Shown here piece by piece: positions 9,249 through 20,130 of a stretch of DNA of 64,000 nucleotides. This DNA is from Nitrosopumilaceae archaeon (lineage in GTDB: Archaea > Thermoproteota > Nitrososphaeria > Nitrososphaerales > Nitrosopumilaceae): the NCBI GenBank assembly GCA_965214835.1, contig CBDCCK010000002.1, positions 1,824,001 to 1,888,000 on the forward strand, read 5' to 3'. Within the stretch, counting starts at the first letter, position 1; each line of letters opens with the position of its first letter. Below the pieces are notes generated by a model. The model was given only the letters and a program-made list of their open reading frames with translations, ran no database searches and was not told the origin of the DNA. Made by a program: the position numbers and the translations under genes.

Positions 9249-10039
9249 CTTTGGTGGAGGCGGCACCTGCAATGCGGGATCTTGCATAGGCGACCTGGTA
9301 CTCCCTTAAAGTCCCGACTGGCAGGCTGGGGGTACATGCAGACCATACGCCGATAATAGAGTATGTCAGAAAGGCAGATCAAGGCATGTCGTGACCGACT
9401 ATGCGCGGATGGCAGGGAGTGGTGCTGGCTTGCCATACGGGAGATCGGCACGGGTGCGGTCGCAAGCCCAATGGATGTCCGGTGAGGGCACGCAGAGGCC
9501 CAGTTCACGAGCTCTATAAACACAGCAAGTCCAAAGCCTCGCATGAGATATGATGGGCAGCCGTCCCTACGAGGTAAAAAGGACGTACAAGTATGTCGTC
9601 AGCTTTTATCCGCAGATAAGGAACACAAAGAACCCAGATGCCGTCCTGTTTCGGCTGACCCTGACAAAGAATGAGCTCAAAAAACCTGCAAAGATCTCCA
9701 CATGACCTGCTCTGGAAGAATAGGATGCATCATGCCGATAAGGCCACCATCTTCTAATGCTGACAAGCATTGTGCAGAATACGAGGATGGAATGAAGGCT
9801 TTGCGCAGTACGGGTCAGGAAACACCACGTACGGCCACAAGATAGGATCATGCATCAACCTACATAAACCGGAGGAAAAACGAATGTTCTTTGACAGGTT
9901 TACAGAAAGCGGCGCGTCCGTATACCTAATCGGAGTAACCAACCTGTACACACAGCAAAAATTGCAACATAATTTTGACATATCGTGCCTATTTCGATAA
10001 GAAAATATCCCAATTTTCAACTGTGCACACTGCCTGTGG

Positions 10040-10154
10040 GTTTTTTGTCAACTTCTCGACTAACCTCATGGTTTGTACCGACTCGGTATTTTGATCCGTC
10101 AGGTACAGATTTGTGCCCAAATGGGCCAAAACTTGTCAATTGCGAATCGCTTCT
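10040..10154 (-). mobile_element. Non-autonomous end of the AGAAGC IS5 family
   Basis: Similar to 7100-7216, ending GAATCGCTTCT. Confidence 0.7.
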
Positions 10155-10170
10155 CAGGCAAAGTCCACAC

Positions 10171-10644
10171 CTAGATCAAATCCCTCCATATTCCCGTAAA
10201 CTCGTCGCTGGGTACGACCGTCACTATCCTGATCTCCCCCAACGGCACAGGATCACCTGCCCTGTCATAATATCTGTAGGTGGCCTCAGACTCTGGCAAA
10301 AAGACAACCTGCCCTGATTCTCCAGGCAGCAGCACCTCCGTCTCCAGCTCCAGTCCGTCAATGTAGAGCCGGTGTGCGAGATCGTCGTCGTTGGTAACCG
10401 TCAGCACATACCAAAAGCCTGTCCTTGAGATGAGCGTGGGGTTTACCCCCTTGACCCCCTTTGTCGCAACTATTGCCAGCTCCCCGCCTATCTTTTGAAA
10501 CGAGACGTGCTGCACGACCCTTTCTGGGTAAAAGATCTCCGCCTGCCTGACGCTGCCCTGGCCTATAAACACCACCAATATGGCCAGTCCGATCACTCCT
10601 GCCACCAGTCCTGCAGCAATGATGCCCCTGTCGGTCTTTTTCAT
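10171..10644 (-). CDS. Membrane-anchored cupredoxin-like protein
   Basis: N-terminal TM; NPTL, N.D...H.LYID, L.PGES and YRYYD (Cys ligand absent). Confidence 0.7.
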   Translation of the reverse strand: MKKTDRGIIAAGLVAGVIGLAILVVFIGQGSVRQAEIFYPERVVQHVSFQKIGGELAIVATKGVKGVNPTLISRTGFWYVLTVTNDDDLAHRLYIDGLELETEVLLPGESGQVVFLPESEATYRYYDRAGDPVPLGEIRIVTVVPSDEFTGIWRDLI

Positions 10645-11006
10645 GTCGGTGCGCCGGATCCTGATTGGCGCTCTGGCCTTTTATACCTCGTGTACAGAGC
10701 CGGATGCCTGCCGATCCCACAGCATCAGAACCCTGGCCGCGGGGATCCCATGCTGCAACCCACTGCAAGCCACACCAACACCACGGCAGCGTCTTACCTT
10801 GTCTGCACTGTCATCTGCCACGGTGGAAGGTGCGGTCTTGCCCAGTATGTGTCGGCGGCCGTCTTGGCCCGTCCTCCGGTCCGCGGCGTGTCCCGGTCTT
10901 GTACTTGTGTGGTGGCCCGCTGTTCCTGGTGCGGTCATGCCAGAACCCCGGAAATGGCTGGGGGCGTAGAGGCAAGCCGGGCCTCACCACTAAAAGACAT
11001 TATACA

Positions 11007-11897
11007 TCATGCCGAAAATCGGCATACCTCTATCCAGCCACTTTTTCTGGTCTTGAAATAGCGGTTCTTACCAGTCCTGTTTTTTTCCATCCCCTTCATT
11101 TCATAATGGCCGGTAACAACCCCGTCAATCCTCCTCACATGTGCCTTGATGCCTGCAACGTTGTACCTTGTAATCTGTGCCAAATCAAAGTCTGCAGAGA
11201 TGATATGAAACACCTGGTCCGCAATGCCGGCACGGCTCTTTTGAACATCGCTGCCCGGCAGCAGGTATTCCAGAATGACCTGGCTGCTCTGATCCACCGT
11301 GCCGAACCTCTTGATCATGCCCCATAACTTTTCTGCTGCCAGATAGTACGATATGCCCTCTAGTATGATCAACGTCTGCCGGTTCCTCCTCCACCCGGCC
11401 TCGGCCAGCCCCCTCATCACCGTATTGGGCCTTGAAATGTCCGCCGTAATGCAGCAGATGCGTCTGCCCAGCGACGGATCAGTCCTCTTAATCAGGCCTG
11501 ACTTTGCCCCCATGTTCTCAAAATCCACCTCAAAAACCCTCGTTTTTTGCGATGACTGGCAGACCTCAAGCGACAGGGGATCCATGCCTGCACCTAGGAT
11601 TACCACCTGCTCTGCGCCTTTTTCAACGGTCTCCCTGGTCAGCCTCAGGATGCAGTCCTTTCTGTTCTTGATTACCTCCCCGTAGTGCGGCCATACCTGG
11701 TTGCATCTTGATAACAGCCCCCTGCCTGGGCCGAGCTCTAAGTCTTTTAGATATTTTTTGGCAAGCGCACCCCTGTGTATTTTTCCGTCCGCCCACAGCA
11801 GTGCCAGTGCGGAGGTAGAGGAGATCCCGTGATGCTGCACTGGAAGCAATTCTGACGATCCATATAAGAATTCTTTGAGTTCTAGCCTGTTGAACAC
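11007..11897 (-). CDS. SAM-dependent methyltransferase (leucine carboxyl methyltransferase-like); start possibly ~11840
   Basis: QVVILGAGMD, FEVDF, ADI and ILEGISYYL motifs. Confidence 0.85.
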   Translation of the reverse strand: MFNRLELKEFLYGSSELLPVQHHGISSTSALALLWADGKIHRGALAKKYLKDLELGPGRGLLSRCNQVWPHYGEVIKNRKDCILRLTRETVEKGAEQVVILGAGMDPLSLEVCQSSQKTRVFEVDFENMGAKSGLIKRTDPSLGRRICCITADISRPNTVMRGLAEAGWRRNRQTLIILEGISYYLAAEKLWGMIKRFGTVDQSSQVILEYLLPGSDVQKSRAGIADQVFHIISADFDLAQITRYNVAGIKAHVRRIDGVVTGHYEMKGMEKNRTGKNRYFKTRKSGWIEVCRFSA

Positions 11898-13350
11898 ATG
11901 ATAAAAACGCCCCCGCCGTAGCCAGGGTGATGGATCAACCCCTCGTTATGCATGTGCTTCGCGCACTATTTGTTGAATGGGGATATCCGAGCTGCTGTGT
12001 TCCTGTGCTACGCGCACTGATGGATGAATGCAGCTTCTGATCTGTCAAACCATATCCAAAAGGAGGTGAAAGAAAAGGATTGAGAAGCATAGGAATAGAC
12101 ATTGGAAAGAGAAAATGCGCAGTGTGCGTCATCGACGCCAAGGGACACGTGCTAGAGGAGGGCTCGTATAACAACACGTACAAGGAGGCATCAAAGCTTG
12201 CTGCACGACTGAAAAAAGAGTACAAAAAGTGCCAGGCCGCGTGCGAGTCAACGGGCAACATGTGGCTAAAGACGTTCAGGGCGTTTGAGGATCAGCATAT
12301 CCCCATACTGCTTGCAAACACCCTCAAGATGAAGATAGTATCAGAGACCAGCGCAAAGACTGACCCGATAGACGCAAGGAAGATAGCCGACACGCTCAGG
12401 GCCGGAATGATACCACGATGCTACGTGGCATCAGCAGAGCTGAGGGATGTCAGGGAGCTGATGGGGTACAGGATACGGATGGTACAGGAGAGGACCGCAG
12501 TCATAAACGGGCTGCACAGCTTGGCTTGACAAGTACGATATAGCCATAGATGCATCCACGATGTACTCCAAGAAGGCCATACGGAAGATCTCCGATACCA
12601 GGCTGAACATGCCAAACGATGACAGGATACTGGCAAGCTGCACTAGGAGGATTGTACACGTCACAGAGGAGATAGGCCAGGCAGGGGAGGACATAGGAAG
12701 ACAGGCAGGATCGAACGAGGATGCCAAGCTGCTGTTGAGCATGACGGGAATAGACACCTTTGCTGCAATGCTGCTGATAGCAGAGATCGGTGACATAACC
12801 AGGTTTCCATCGCCGAACCAGCTTGTGTCCTGGGCCGGCATGTGTCCCCGGGTGTACCAGTCGGGGGATCGCGAGTACCACGGCCACATGAAAAAGGATG
12901 CAAACCGCAGGATCAACTGGCTGATGATCCAGATAGTCAACGTCGCCGTACAGCACGACGACAGGATGAGGGAGTTCTACGAGAGGGTCCGCAAAAGGAA
13001 CGGCAACAACCACGTCATAGCGATAACGCATGTTGCAAACAAGATGCTCAGGATAATCTGGCACATGCTGACGACAAAGACTGCGTATTCATCGCGCAAT
13101 GCTGCCCTGTACGACAAGAAGATCAAGAGGGTGACAGAACTGGCGGGAACGGCATAGGATTGCCACCTTCCATCCCCCACCCACCCACCCAATGATCCGC
13201 CCGCACCCTGGCAGGTGCGACAGGACTGGCTCGTGCGTATTGCTAGCGTTAGCTATAAAGCACAGCCCGGCCGACTAGGCACGGATCAGAAGACGAAAGG
13301 AACGTTGCCATGTTACTGGCGGGCGTTTTACCATGGATGCATAACCCTTC
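11885..13350 (+). mobile_element. IS110-family element with non-coding ends
   Basis: No TIRs; left end repeated in inverted orientation at 45276-45350; boundaries approximate. Confidence 0.8.
12080..13157 (+). pseudogene. IS110 DEDD recombinase, +1 frameshift at ~12524
   Basis: GIDIGK, CESTG, KTDPIDA, AEIGDITRF and YQSG motifs. Confidence 0.88.
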
Positions 13351-13539
13351 CTAAAATTTGAAACTTGACCAAAAATCACCCAAATTATCAACGGATCCTG
13401 ACCGAAAAAGTAATGGAATATGAGGATGCCACGTATGGTACTTGACACACACGGACAATGCCAAGTACGTAGAGAGGGGGGCAGGCCTAGTAGTCAAGTA
13501 CGACCCAGGCTGGGAGAATGATCTGAAGAATGCCAACCG

Positions 13540-14681
13540 TAGTATCTAGCTGAGATAATCGCTCATCTTGCAGATCTTGATCTCGCTCCTGCGCAGCATG
13601 ACGCGTATGGACTTCTGCAACTCGCCAGCGGTCTTGTAAAGGCAGTTTACAGTCGCCTTTTTGAACCCGCACCACTGCCCCTCTATCTTGTTCAGCTCCG
13701 GCGTGTACGGCGGCAGGAACCTTAGCATCACGTCGACATTCCATTCTGCCAGCTGCTCCCTGACCAGTGCTGCCCTGTGATACGATGCGTTGTCGACAAA
13801 CAGCAGCACCCTGCCGTACTTGCGGCGCGGCACCTTGAGAAACCTGATGAACGTGTACCTGTCGGCCTTTTTGTAAAAGCGGCAGTCAAGTCCGTTTGCC
13901 GACAGGGCCCCGATCGAATAGAACCTCTCCTTTGACAGGTTGGACGGCGCATAGACCGGGCCTTCCCACGGGATACCAGCTGTTCTTGACGTTCCACCCA
14001 AGGATGAACGAGGCCTCGTCCCCTGTCATTATCGTGTGCCCCCTCTTTGAATGGTGCCTTACGTGCCACCTAGCTTTTTTTTGAACTCCTCTTTCTCGGA
14101 TTCTGAGGCTGATTTGGGGTGTTTTGGGCGGGGGGGCTTTCTGCATGAAAAGCCCAGGCATGTGCAGTGTCTTGTATATGCTGGAGACGGCATAGTCTAC
14201 CTTGTATTTCTTTTTGATGTGCACTGCAAGCAGCGGTGCGGTCCACACCTCCGACTCGAATCCGCAGCTGCGCGGGCCCGCAATCAGGTCGGCGCACACC
14301 TGCTTGAGATTCCCTGCATCCGGCCACATCCTGGTGCCGGGCCTCTTGATGTCGTACCTGCCCTGTATGCCAAGCTGCATGGCCCGTATCAGCCAGTCGC
14401 GTATCGTAGAGTACCCCCGGCCAAGCTGCCTGGCTATCTGGCGTATCGAGTCGCCTTTTTTGCGCCGTATGTAGGCCATCAGCCTGGCTGCAGCCTTGGA
14501 GTCGGTCTCGTTTTTGTGCCTCTCAAGGAGGGACGGGGCCGAGACGTTGGGAAGAAACCTGCCCCCTATTGGTATCATCGAGTCGTCTGGTTTCATGCGT
14601 ATTGCCTCACTGTGTAGTATCTAGTTCCACTGGTGAAAATTTCTTGTCCTTTTTGTGATTGGTTACTACGCATAGTTACTA
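13540..14681 (-). mobile_element. IS630-family element (frameshifted transposase 13546-14596)
   Basis: TA-bounded ends TAGTATCTA / TAGTTACTA; DEAS, DNASYH and LPPYTPELN motifs; A8 slippery run; paralog at 52257-53493. Confidence 0.88.
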
Positions 14682-14772
14682 AGCCTTGCGGGAGTCATGA
14701 GCGCATCCTGCATGACCCGCACTCTGCCTCCCAAAATGAAACCATATTATTACGGCAGGGGTATCGGCAGGA

Positions 14773-15240
14773 ATGAGCCAGAAAAGCCCCGACGAGTCCG
14801 GGGCGGAGATGATTGTCAGAACCCTGCCCTCTGATGCCAATCCCGCTGGCAACGTGTTTGGGGGGGAGATACTCAGGCAGATTGATCTGGTGGCCGGACT
14901 GGTAGGTCAAAGGCATTCTCAGAAAAACACCGTGACTGCGAGCATGGATAAGGTGAGCTTTCTAAAGCCCGTATATGTCGGCAATGCCCTGATTCTAAAC
15001 GCAAGGCTGACATACGTGCACAGATCATCGATGGAGGTCGAGATCAGGGTGGAGGCCGAAGACATGGAAAAGGCAACTAGGACTGTCACCGGCACCGCAT
15101 ATGTTACGCTGGTGGCACTGGATCTTGACGGAAAACCCACACCCGTGCCCGGACTTGCCCTCAAAACGGATGAGGACAGGCAAAAGTTCGAGGAGGGCAG
15201 GGCAAGGATGGACAGGCGCATCGCCGAACGAGAATCCTGA
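14773..15240 (+). CDS. Acyl-CoA thioesterase (hotdog fold)
   Basis: PSDANPAGNVFGG.IL..ID, VTAS.D...F.KPV.VG and SSMEV motifs. Confidence 0.92.
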   Translation: MSQKSPDESGAEMIVRTLPSDANPAGNVFGGEILRQIDLVAGLVGQRHSQKNTVTASMDKVSFLKPVYVGNALILNARLTYVHRSSMEVEIRVEAEDMEKATRTVTGTAYVTLVALDLDGKPTPVPGLALKTDEDRQKFEEGRARMDRRIAERES

Positions 15241-15537
15241 TCCCGGCATTCTGCGCCGCGCCGCATCCCCCGTTTGACCCGCAGCCCCCTGACTGTCTCG
15301 AGGCAGTGCCGGGGCGCGTTTACAGGAATGAATGCGAGAAAGCCAAGGGCGCACTGCCGGCCAATCATGGCGGCCGGTTCCGCACCTGCTCTGCCCCGGG
15401 GAACGGCATCGGCACCCGGAATCGGGGCCCCTGCGATGCTCCGGTGGGGGGAAAGGCCGGGACAAACCCCGGATGGCGCAGTCAGATCCGGCCTGTGACT
15501 CGGAGGTGTCCAGAGACAGTCTGCCACCTCGGGCATA

Positions 15538-16824
15538 TCACGGCGACAGCCTGTCTGGATCCCTCGGGTACAGCACGACCTCCCTTACGTTGTCAATGCC
15601 GACCAGCGTGGTCATCACCCTGTCAAGTCCCAGCCCCCAGCCCGAGTGCGGCGGCATGCCCCAGTCAAACGCCCTGAGGTGATCCCCGAACTGGGCCGGA
15701 TCCAGGTTCTGCTCCTTCAGCCTTGACTTTAGGACCTCCGGATCGTGCAGCCTGGTCCCGCCAGATGACAGCTCGAGGTATCCAAACTGCAGGTCAAATG
15801 ATCTGGACAGTGTCGGGTCGTCGTCCTTCTCCCTGATGTAAAACGGCTTTAGTTTTTGCGGCCAGTCGGTTAGGAAGAAAAACCCCGGATGCCTTTGGCC
15901 GACCAGCCTCAGGTGCGAGTCCATCAGGTCATCCCCGAACTCCAGCCTTTGATCCATGGAGTTGAGCTCATCGACCAGTCGGGAGTACGTTATCCGCTCA
16001 AACGGCGCGTTTGGGGCCCTGATTTGGTGCCCTATTGCCTCCTGCTCGGCCCGGCAGTTTTCTGCAACGTGCCTGTAGACCTTTACCATGAGCGACTCTA
16101 AGACGTCCATGACGTCCGTATAGTCCATGAATGCCGCCTCTATATCCACGCTGGTAAACTCGGTCAGGTGCCTGCCGGTATGGGAGTTCTCTGCCCTGTA
16201 AAACGAGGATATCTCAAAGACCCTCTCGAGGCCCATGGTCATCTGCTCCTTGTATAGTTGCGGGCTCTGTGCCAGGTATGCCGTCCTTCCAAAGTATTCC
16301 AGCGAGAACAGGTTGGCCCCGCCCTCGCTTGCACTGCCGATGATTTTTGGGGTGTTGATCTCGATGAATTTCTTGTCTGCCAGCGTCCTCCTGAGCGACT
16401 GCAGCACGTGGTGCCTCAGCTTGAAGATAGACGCCGTTTTTTCATTCCGCATGTCCAGCGCCCTGGAGTTGAGCCTGTTGTCGATGCTGCTCTCCAGCCT
16501 GCCGATGGGATCAATCGGGAGCGGATGCACTGCCCTTGCCAGGATCTCAACCTCGTCTGCCCTGATCTCAAAATCAAAGTCACGCGCCCTTGTCTCCTGA
16601 ACGTCCCCGGCTATCTGCACGACGCTTTGCCTGTTGACCCCCTCGACCCTCTGGCCCAGCTCCCCCCTTGCGATAACCTGGATTATTCCCGTGACGTCCC
16701 TGACGGTCAGAAACGTCATTTTCCCCATCTTGCGAAGGTCCTCTATCCACCCGCATATGGTGACCTGCCTTCCGATAAGATCGGGGGTCAGCTCACCGAT
16801 GTCATGTGACTTGCCAAACATCAT
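15538..16824 (-). CDS. aspS: Aspartate--tRNA ligase (archaeal, probably non-discriminating)
   Basis: OB-fold; LAQSPQLYK, YRAE.S.T.RHLTEF and GMPPHSGWGLGLDR motifs. Confidence 0.95.
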   Translation of the reverse strand: MMFGKSHDIGELTPDLIGRQVTICGWIEDLRKMGKMTFLTVRDVTGIIQVIARGELGQRVEGVNRQSVVQIAGDVQETRARDFDFEIRADEVEILARAVHPLPIDPIGRLESSIDNRLNSRALDMRNEKTASIFKLRHHVLQSLRRTLADKKFIEINTPKIIGSASEGGANLFSLEYFGRTAYLAQSPQLYKEQMTMGLERVFEISSFYRAENSHTGRHLTEFTSVDIEAAFMDYTDVMDVLESLMVKVYRHVAENCRAEQEAIGHQIRAPNAPFERITYSRLVDELNSMDQRLEFGDDLMDSHLRLVGQRHPGFFFLTDWPQKLKPFYIREKDDDPTLSRSFDLQFGYLELSSGGTRLHDPEVLKSRLKEQNLDPAQFGDHLRAFDWGMPPHSGWGLGLDRVMTTLVGIDNVREVVLYPRDPDRLSP

Positions 16825-17339
16825 TGCCCCCTGACCTCCTCAAACTCAATATCGATCTCCAGATCCCTTGCATTTTTTACTATTTGCTTTACCTTGTCTA
16901 GGTCAACTGGAAACTTGGGCGTCCATCTGCCCAGCACGACTGCCTTTGTCTTTTGGATCCCGCCCGGTGCCCAGACCGAGTTGATTGACAGGATTTTTGT
17001 CGGAAAGAGCAGATCCTCGATGAACCTTTTGTCTCCCTCCTCTGACTCTACGAGCCAGATCTTGCCTGGGAACTGATCCTGAATCAGGCGGTACAGCGTC
17101 CTGCTCTGCCGGATTGTCAGGATGTCGTTTTTTTCAAGGTGGATCACGTAATTGCCATCCACCTCCCTGCACTTTTTCAAGGAAAAGCCGTCGATCTCCG
17201 GGTTTTCCTTTGCCAGCCTTGCCAGAATAAAGGCCGCATCGATGTCTGCCCTGGTAAGCGCTCCTGACTCTACCTTTGACTCGCACTGCGGACACAACAC
17301 CGCGTTTTTTGCATCAAACCCGCATATTGGCAGCATCAT
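16821..17339 (-). CDS. NusA-like KH-domain protein with N-terminal Cys motif
   Basis: MMLPICGFDAKNAVLCPQCE start; overlaps the aspS start (ATGA). Confidence 0.8.
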   Translation of the reverse strand: MMLPICGFDAKNAVLCPQCESKVESGALTRADIDAAFILARLAKENPEIDGFSLKKCREVDGNYVIHLEKNDILTIRQSRTLYRLIQDQFPGKIWLVESEEGDKRFIEDLLFPTKILSINSVWAPGGIQKTKAVVLGRWTPKFPVDLDKVKQIVKNARDLEIDIEFEEVRGQ

Positions 17340-17399
17340 TGGAATCGATTTATCCCTCCGATTCTGCGGCATATATCCCTTGGTACAAAACCAGCCAAG

Positions 17400-18207
17400 T
17401 GAAAAGTACCCCGATCTGGCATCAGGGAATGGGGCTTGGACTCCCTGAGATAATCTGTCATACACTCCTGAAATACCGGGCATTGTCATGACGTTTTGCA
17501 CTCCGGGCCCCTCGCTGAGCAGCGCCCTGGCAATCATCCACTCGTTGAAGCTCATCATATAGTAAAAGCACAGCATCCTGGCTGCCAGGTCGACGGTCCG
17601 GGTCTTGGCCCTGCACTCCTCTACCCTAGCGTATCCGGTCTCGATTCCCCATCTTGAGGAGTACGACTCGATCCTGATTCCGGGCCGGTTCGTTGCAAAC
17701 CCGATGAACTTTTTCTCCGGCTTTTCCTCCTCTGCCGCGTCTGTCTTGTTTCCATTCCCGGACTTTTTTCTCTTCGTTATTACCATGAAATACGCAGCCG
17801 AGTTGGTATTGTTCCCGATTATATTTTTGGATACTGCGGGCCTGTCCCTGTGTGCAAACTCGTTTAGCACTGCGACTATATTGCCCGTGTTCCTGCACGG
17901 CATCAGGAACCTGACATTCCTTTTCTGTAGCATGGCAATCACCTCGACTGAGAAGAACTCGCGGTCAAGCAGCAGGAGGCGCACCTTGATGCCGGCCCGC
18001 TCAAGCCGGTCAAGGATCAAACCGGCAGATTCAGGCACGGAATCGAGCCTTTTTACGTGCAGCACGCCCAGTGTCAGGCCCAGCCCGTCGTCGACGCACT
18101 GTACGGTGACGTACCGCTCGGCATATGTCGTCCCGTCCTTTTTCTTCTGGCGCGACAGGTTCTCGTCGGGCCTTCTGTCATAGCGGGAGATCTTGTGCAT
18201 GTCTATT
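17400..18207 (-). pseudogene. ISH3-like transposase C-terminal remnant
   Basis: LLLDREFFSVEVI, FATN and YSSRWGIETGY motifs; cut by a MITE at 18208. Confidence 0.75.
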
Positions 18208-18287
18208 AGCCTTTATGCGTAATCGGTTCAGATCTAGGATTATTACGAACAAATTCATCTCATTCAGATCGATTACGCATAAAGCCT
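18208..18287. mobile_element. 80-bp MITE with ends of the IS5 at 47058
   Basis: TIRs AGCCTTTATGCGTAATCG / CGATTACGCATAAAGCCT; TSD ATT; copy at 51445-51524. Confidence 0.85.
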
Positions 18288-18322
18288 ATTATTGAAATTC
18301 CAATAAAGCGGATAGAATAGTA

Positions 18323-18415
18323 GTACGGGGTCACCTACCCTCATCAGCCAGGCACGAATCAGCATGCATGATTGTGATTTTCGTGCCTAGATAGCAGGGG
18401 GACGTGACCACATAC
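18323..18415. mobile_element. 93-bp IS66-derived MITE
   Basis: GTACGGGGTCACC...GTGACCACATAC; copies at 44840 and 53088. Confidence 0.85.
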
Positions 18416-18559
18416 GTTTTCAGTTATAGGCACTACGCATCATCAGGAAGTCTAGAGTACGGATCAAAAAGCCCCCGATCCGGGCCGAGTACGGCTGCAG
18501 GTCAATCGGAACTGCACGTATCCTAAACTTAATGAGGGTGCAAACGGAGGCAGTATACG

Positions 18560-19525
18560 ATGCAGGATGGAGTAAAAACCGCGCTGGTTACAGGTGGCAT
18601 GGGATTCATCGGAAGGTCTCTAGTCGACAAGTTAATCTCGGAGGGAAAAGAAACCCACGTTCTTGACAAGACTGCCGACGGGGCCCTCCTAAAAAGATGG
18701 AGTAGAGCCCAGGAATTTAGATTTTTTAAGGCCGATCTACTGGATGCGGAGTCTTTTGGGACGCTGCCGCGGTATGATGCGGTCTACCACCTGGCTGCAA
18801 ATCCAGAAGTGAATCCATCCAAATCAAAGCCAGTAGATCACTTTAACCAAAACATTGCAGCCACGTTTAACCTTCTTGAAAGGCTAAAAAACGCAAAGCC
18901 CAATATCCTGGCTTTCACATCCACCTCCACAGTTTATGGCGAGGCCAGCCAGATTCCGACCCCCGAGAACTACTCCCCACTGGAGCCAATCTCAGTATAC
19001 GGATCCTCGAAGCTGGCCTGTGAGGCACTGATAAGCTCCTATGCCCACATGTTTGATTTTAAGGCGGTCATCTTCAGGCTGGCAAACATAATTGGGCCAA
19101 ACAGCACGCACGGGATAATATCCGACTTTGTCAAGAGACTGCAAGGCGATCCCTCCTCCCTTGACATACTGGGCGACGGAGAACAGAACAAATCGTATCT
19201 ATATGTGGATGACTGCATCTCGGCAATACAGCTTGCCTTGAAGAAGGCCCGGAAAAAGGTTGAGGTCTTTAACGTGGGATCAGAGGACAGGATCAGGGCA
19301 AAAGACATTGCAAGGCTGGTCTTGGACGAGATGAATCTAAAAAAGACCAAAATTAATTACGCGGGCGGAGCTGACGGCGGCAGGGGGTGGAAGGGGGATG
19401 TGAAAGACATGATGCTTGATATCGAAAAGCTGAGATCCATCGGATGGAATCCCGAGCACTCTAGTAAAAAGGGAGTCAAGCTAACGGCCGGACTAATCCT
19501 CAAGGGCGGCAGGCAAGATGTATGA
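18560..19525 (+). CDS. NAD-dependent epimerase/dehydratase (UDP-glucose 4-epimerase-like)
   Basis: TGGMGFIG, HLAA, STSTVYG and YGSSK motifs. Confidence 0.92.
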   Translation: MQDGVKTALVTGGMGFIGRSLVDKLISEGKETHVLDKTADGALLKRWSRAQEFRFFKADLLDAESFGTLPRYDAVYHLAANPEVNPSKSKPVDHFNQNIAATFNLLERLKNAKPNILAFTSTSTVYGEASQIPTPENYSPLEPISVYGSSKLACEALISSYAHMFDFKAVIFRLANIIGPNSTHGIISDFVKRLQGDPSSLDILGDGEQNKSYLYVDDCISAIQLALKKARKKVEVFNVGSEDRIRAKDIARLVLDEMNLKKTKINYAGGADGGRGWKGDVKDMMLDIEKLRSIGWNPEHSSKKGVKLTAGLILKGGRQDV

Positions 19526-19800
19526 GGCCGCCTGCCCCTAGACTATTCTGGATGCCTCAGCAACGGCGGACCTGGTTCTGCGGCCTCCACATCGACATGC
19601 ATGTCACGGGCCGCGAGATCTTGCTCGCCGGAGCAGGCCTCCCCTGATCCGGCCGCTTATCTTGCGGCGTAGCACGACGCCGCGCAGGAACCGCTCTGAG
19701 GCGCTGCCGGCGGGCCTGATGCCCTTGCATGATGGCGCTGTTCAACGAGTGGATGATTGCCAAGGCACTGCGATGACCGGGGTGCAAAACGTCACGGCAA
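19520..19800 (-). mobile_element. Decayed IS66 right end
   Basis: GTATGAGGCCGCCTGCCCCTAG end plus degenerate C-terminal transposase sequence. Confidence 0.6.
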
Positions 19801-19896
19801 TACCGGTATTCAAGGATGGTATGACGGTTTATCTCAGGGAGCAGGCTCCCCTCCCCGGCCTCAGATCCGGAATACGTTTCACTTGTACTGCCTCTG

Positions 19897-20033
19897 AGAG
19901 ATGATCCGAAATTAAAAGCCGTACGAATTTTTCAAGTAATTTCACAGATAATTTGTATTTTGTTGATATTTTGAATTGTTTTATGCAAATTCGTTCACAA
20001 ATAATCAGAGTCTGCTAATTTCGAATCAACTCT
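19897..20033. mobile_element. 137-bp MITE (AGAGATGATCC family)
   Basis: TIRs AGAGATGATCCGAAATTA / TAATTTCGAATCAACTCT; TSD CTG; copies at 30750 and 35347. Confidence 0.85.
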
Positions 20034-20130
20034 CTGTTATGTCCTGGCCGCATCCTGCGGCGCCTCCCCGGCCTCAGATCCGGGATACGTTTCACTTGGC
20101 TGTGCTTTTGGGAAGACTGCCCGGCGCGGA

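Noticed and set aside
9360-9560. Possible IS6-like transposase remnant
   Set aside because: Only a weak W.WLAI pattern with stops; not supportable.
19848-20098. ~38-bp direct repeat flanking a MITE as a possible att site
   Set aside because: More simply pieces of other decayed MITEs; no recombinase link.
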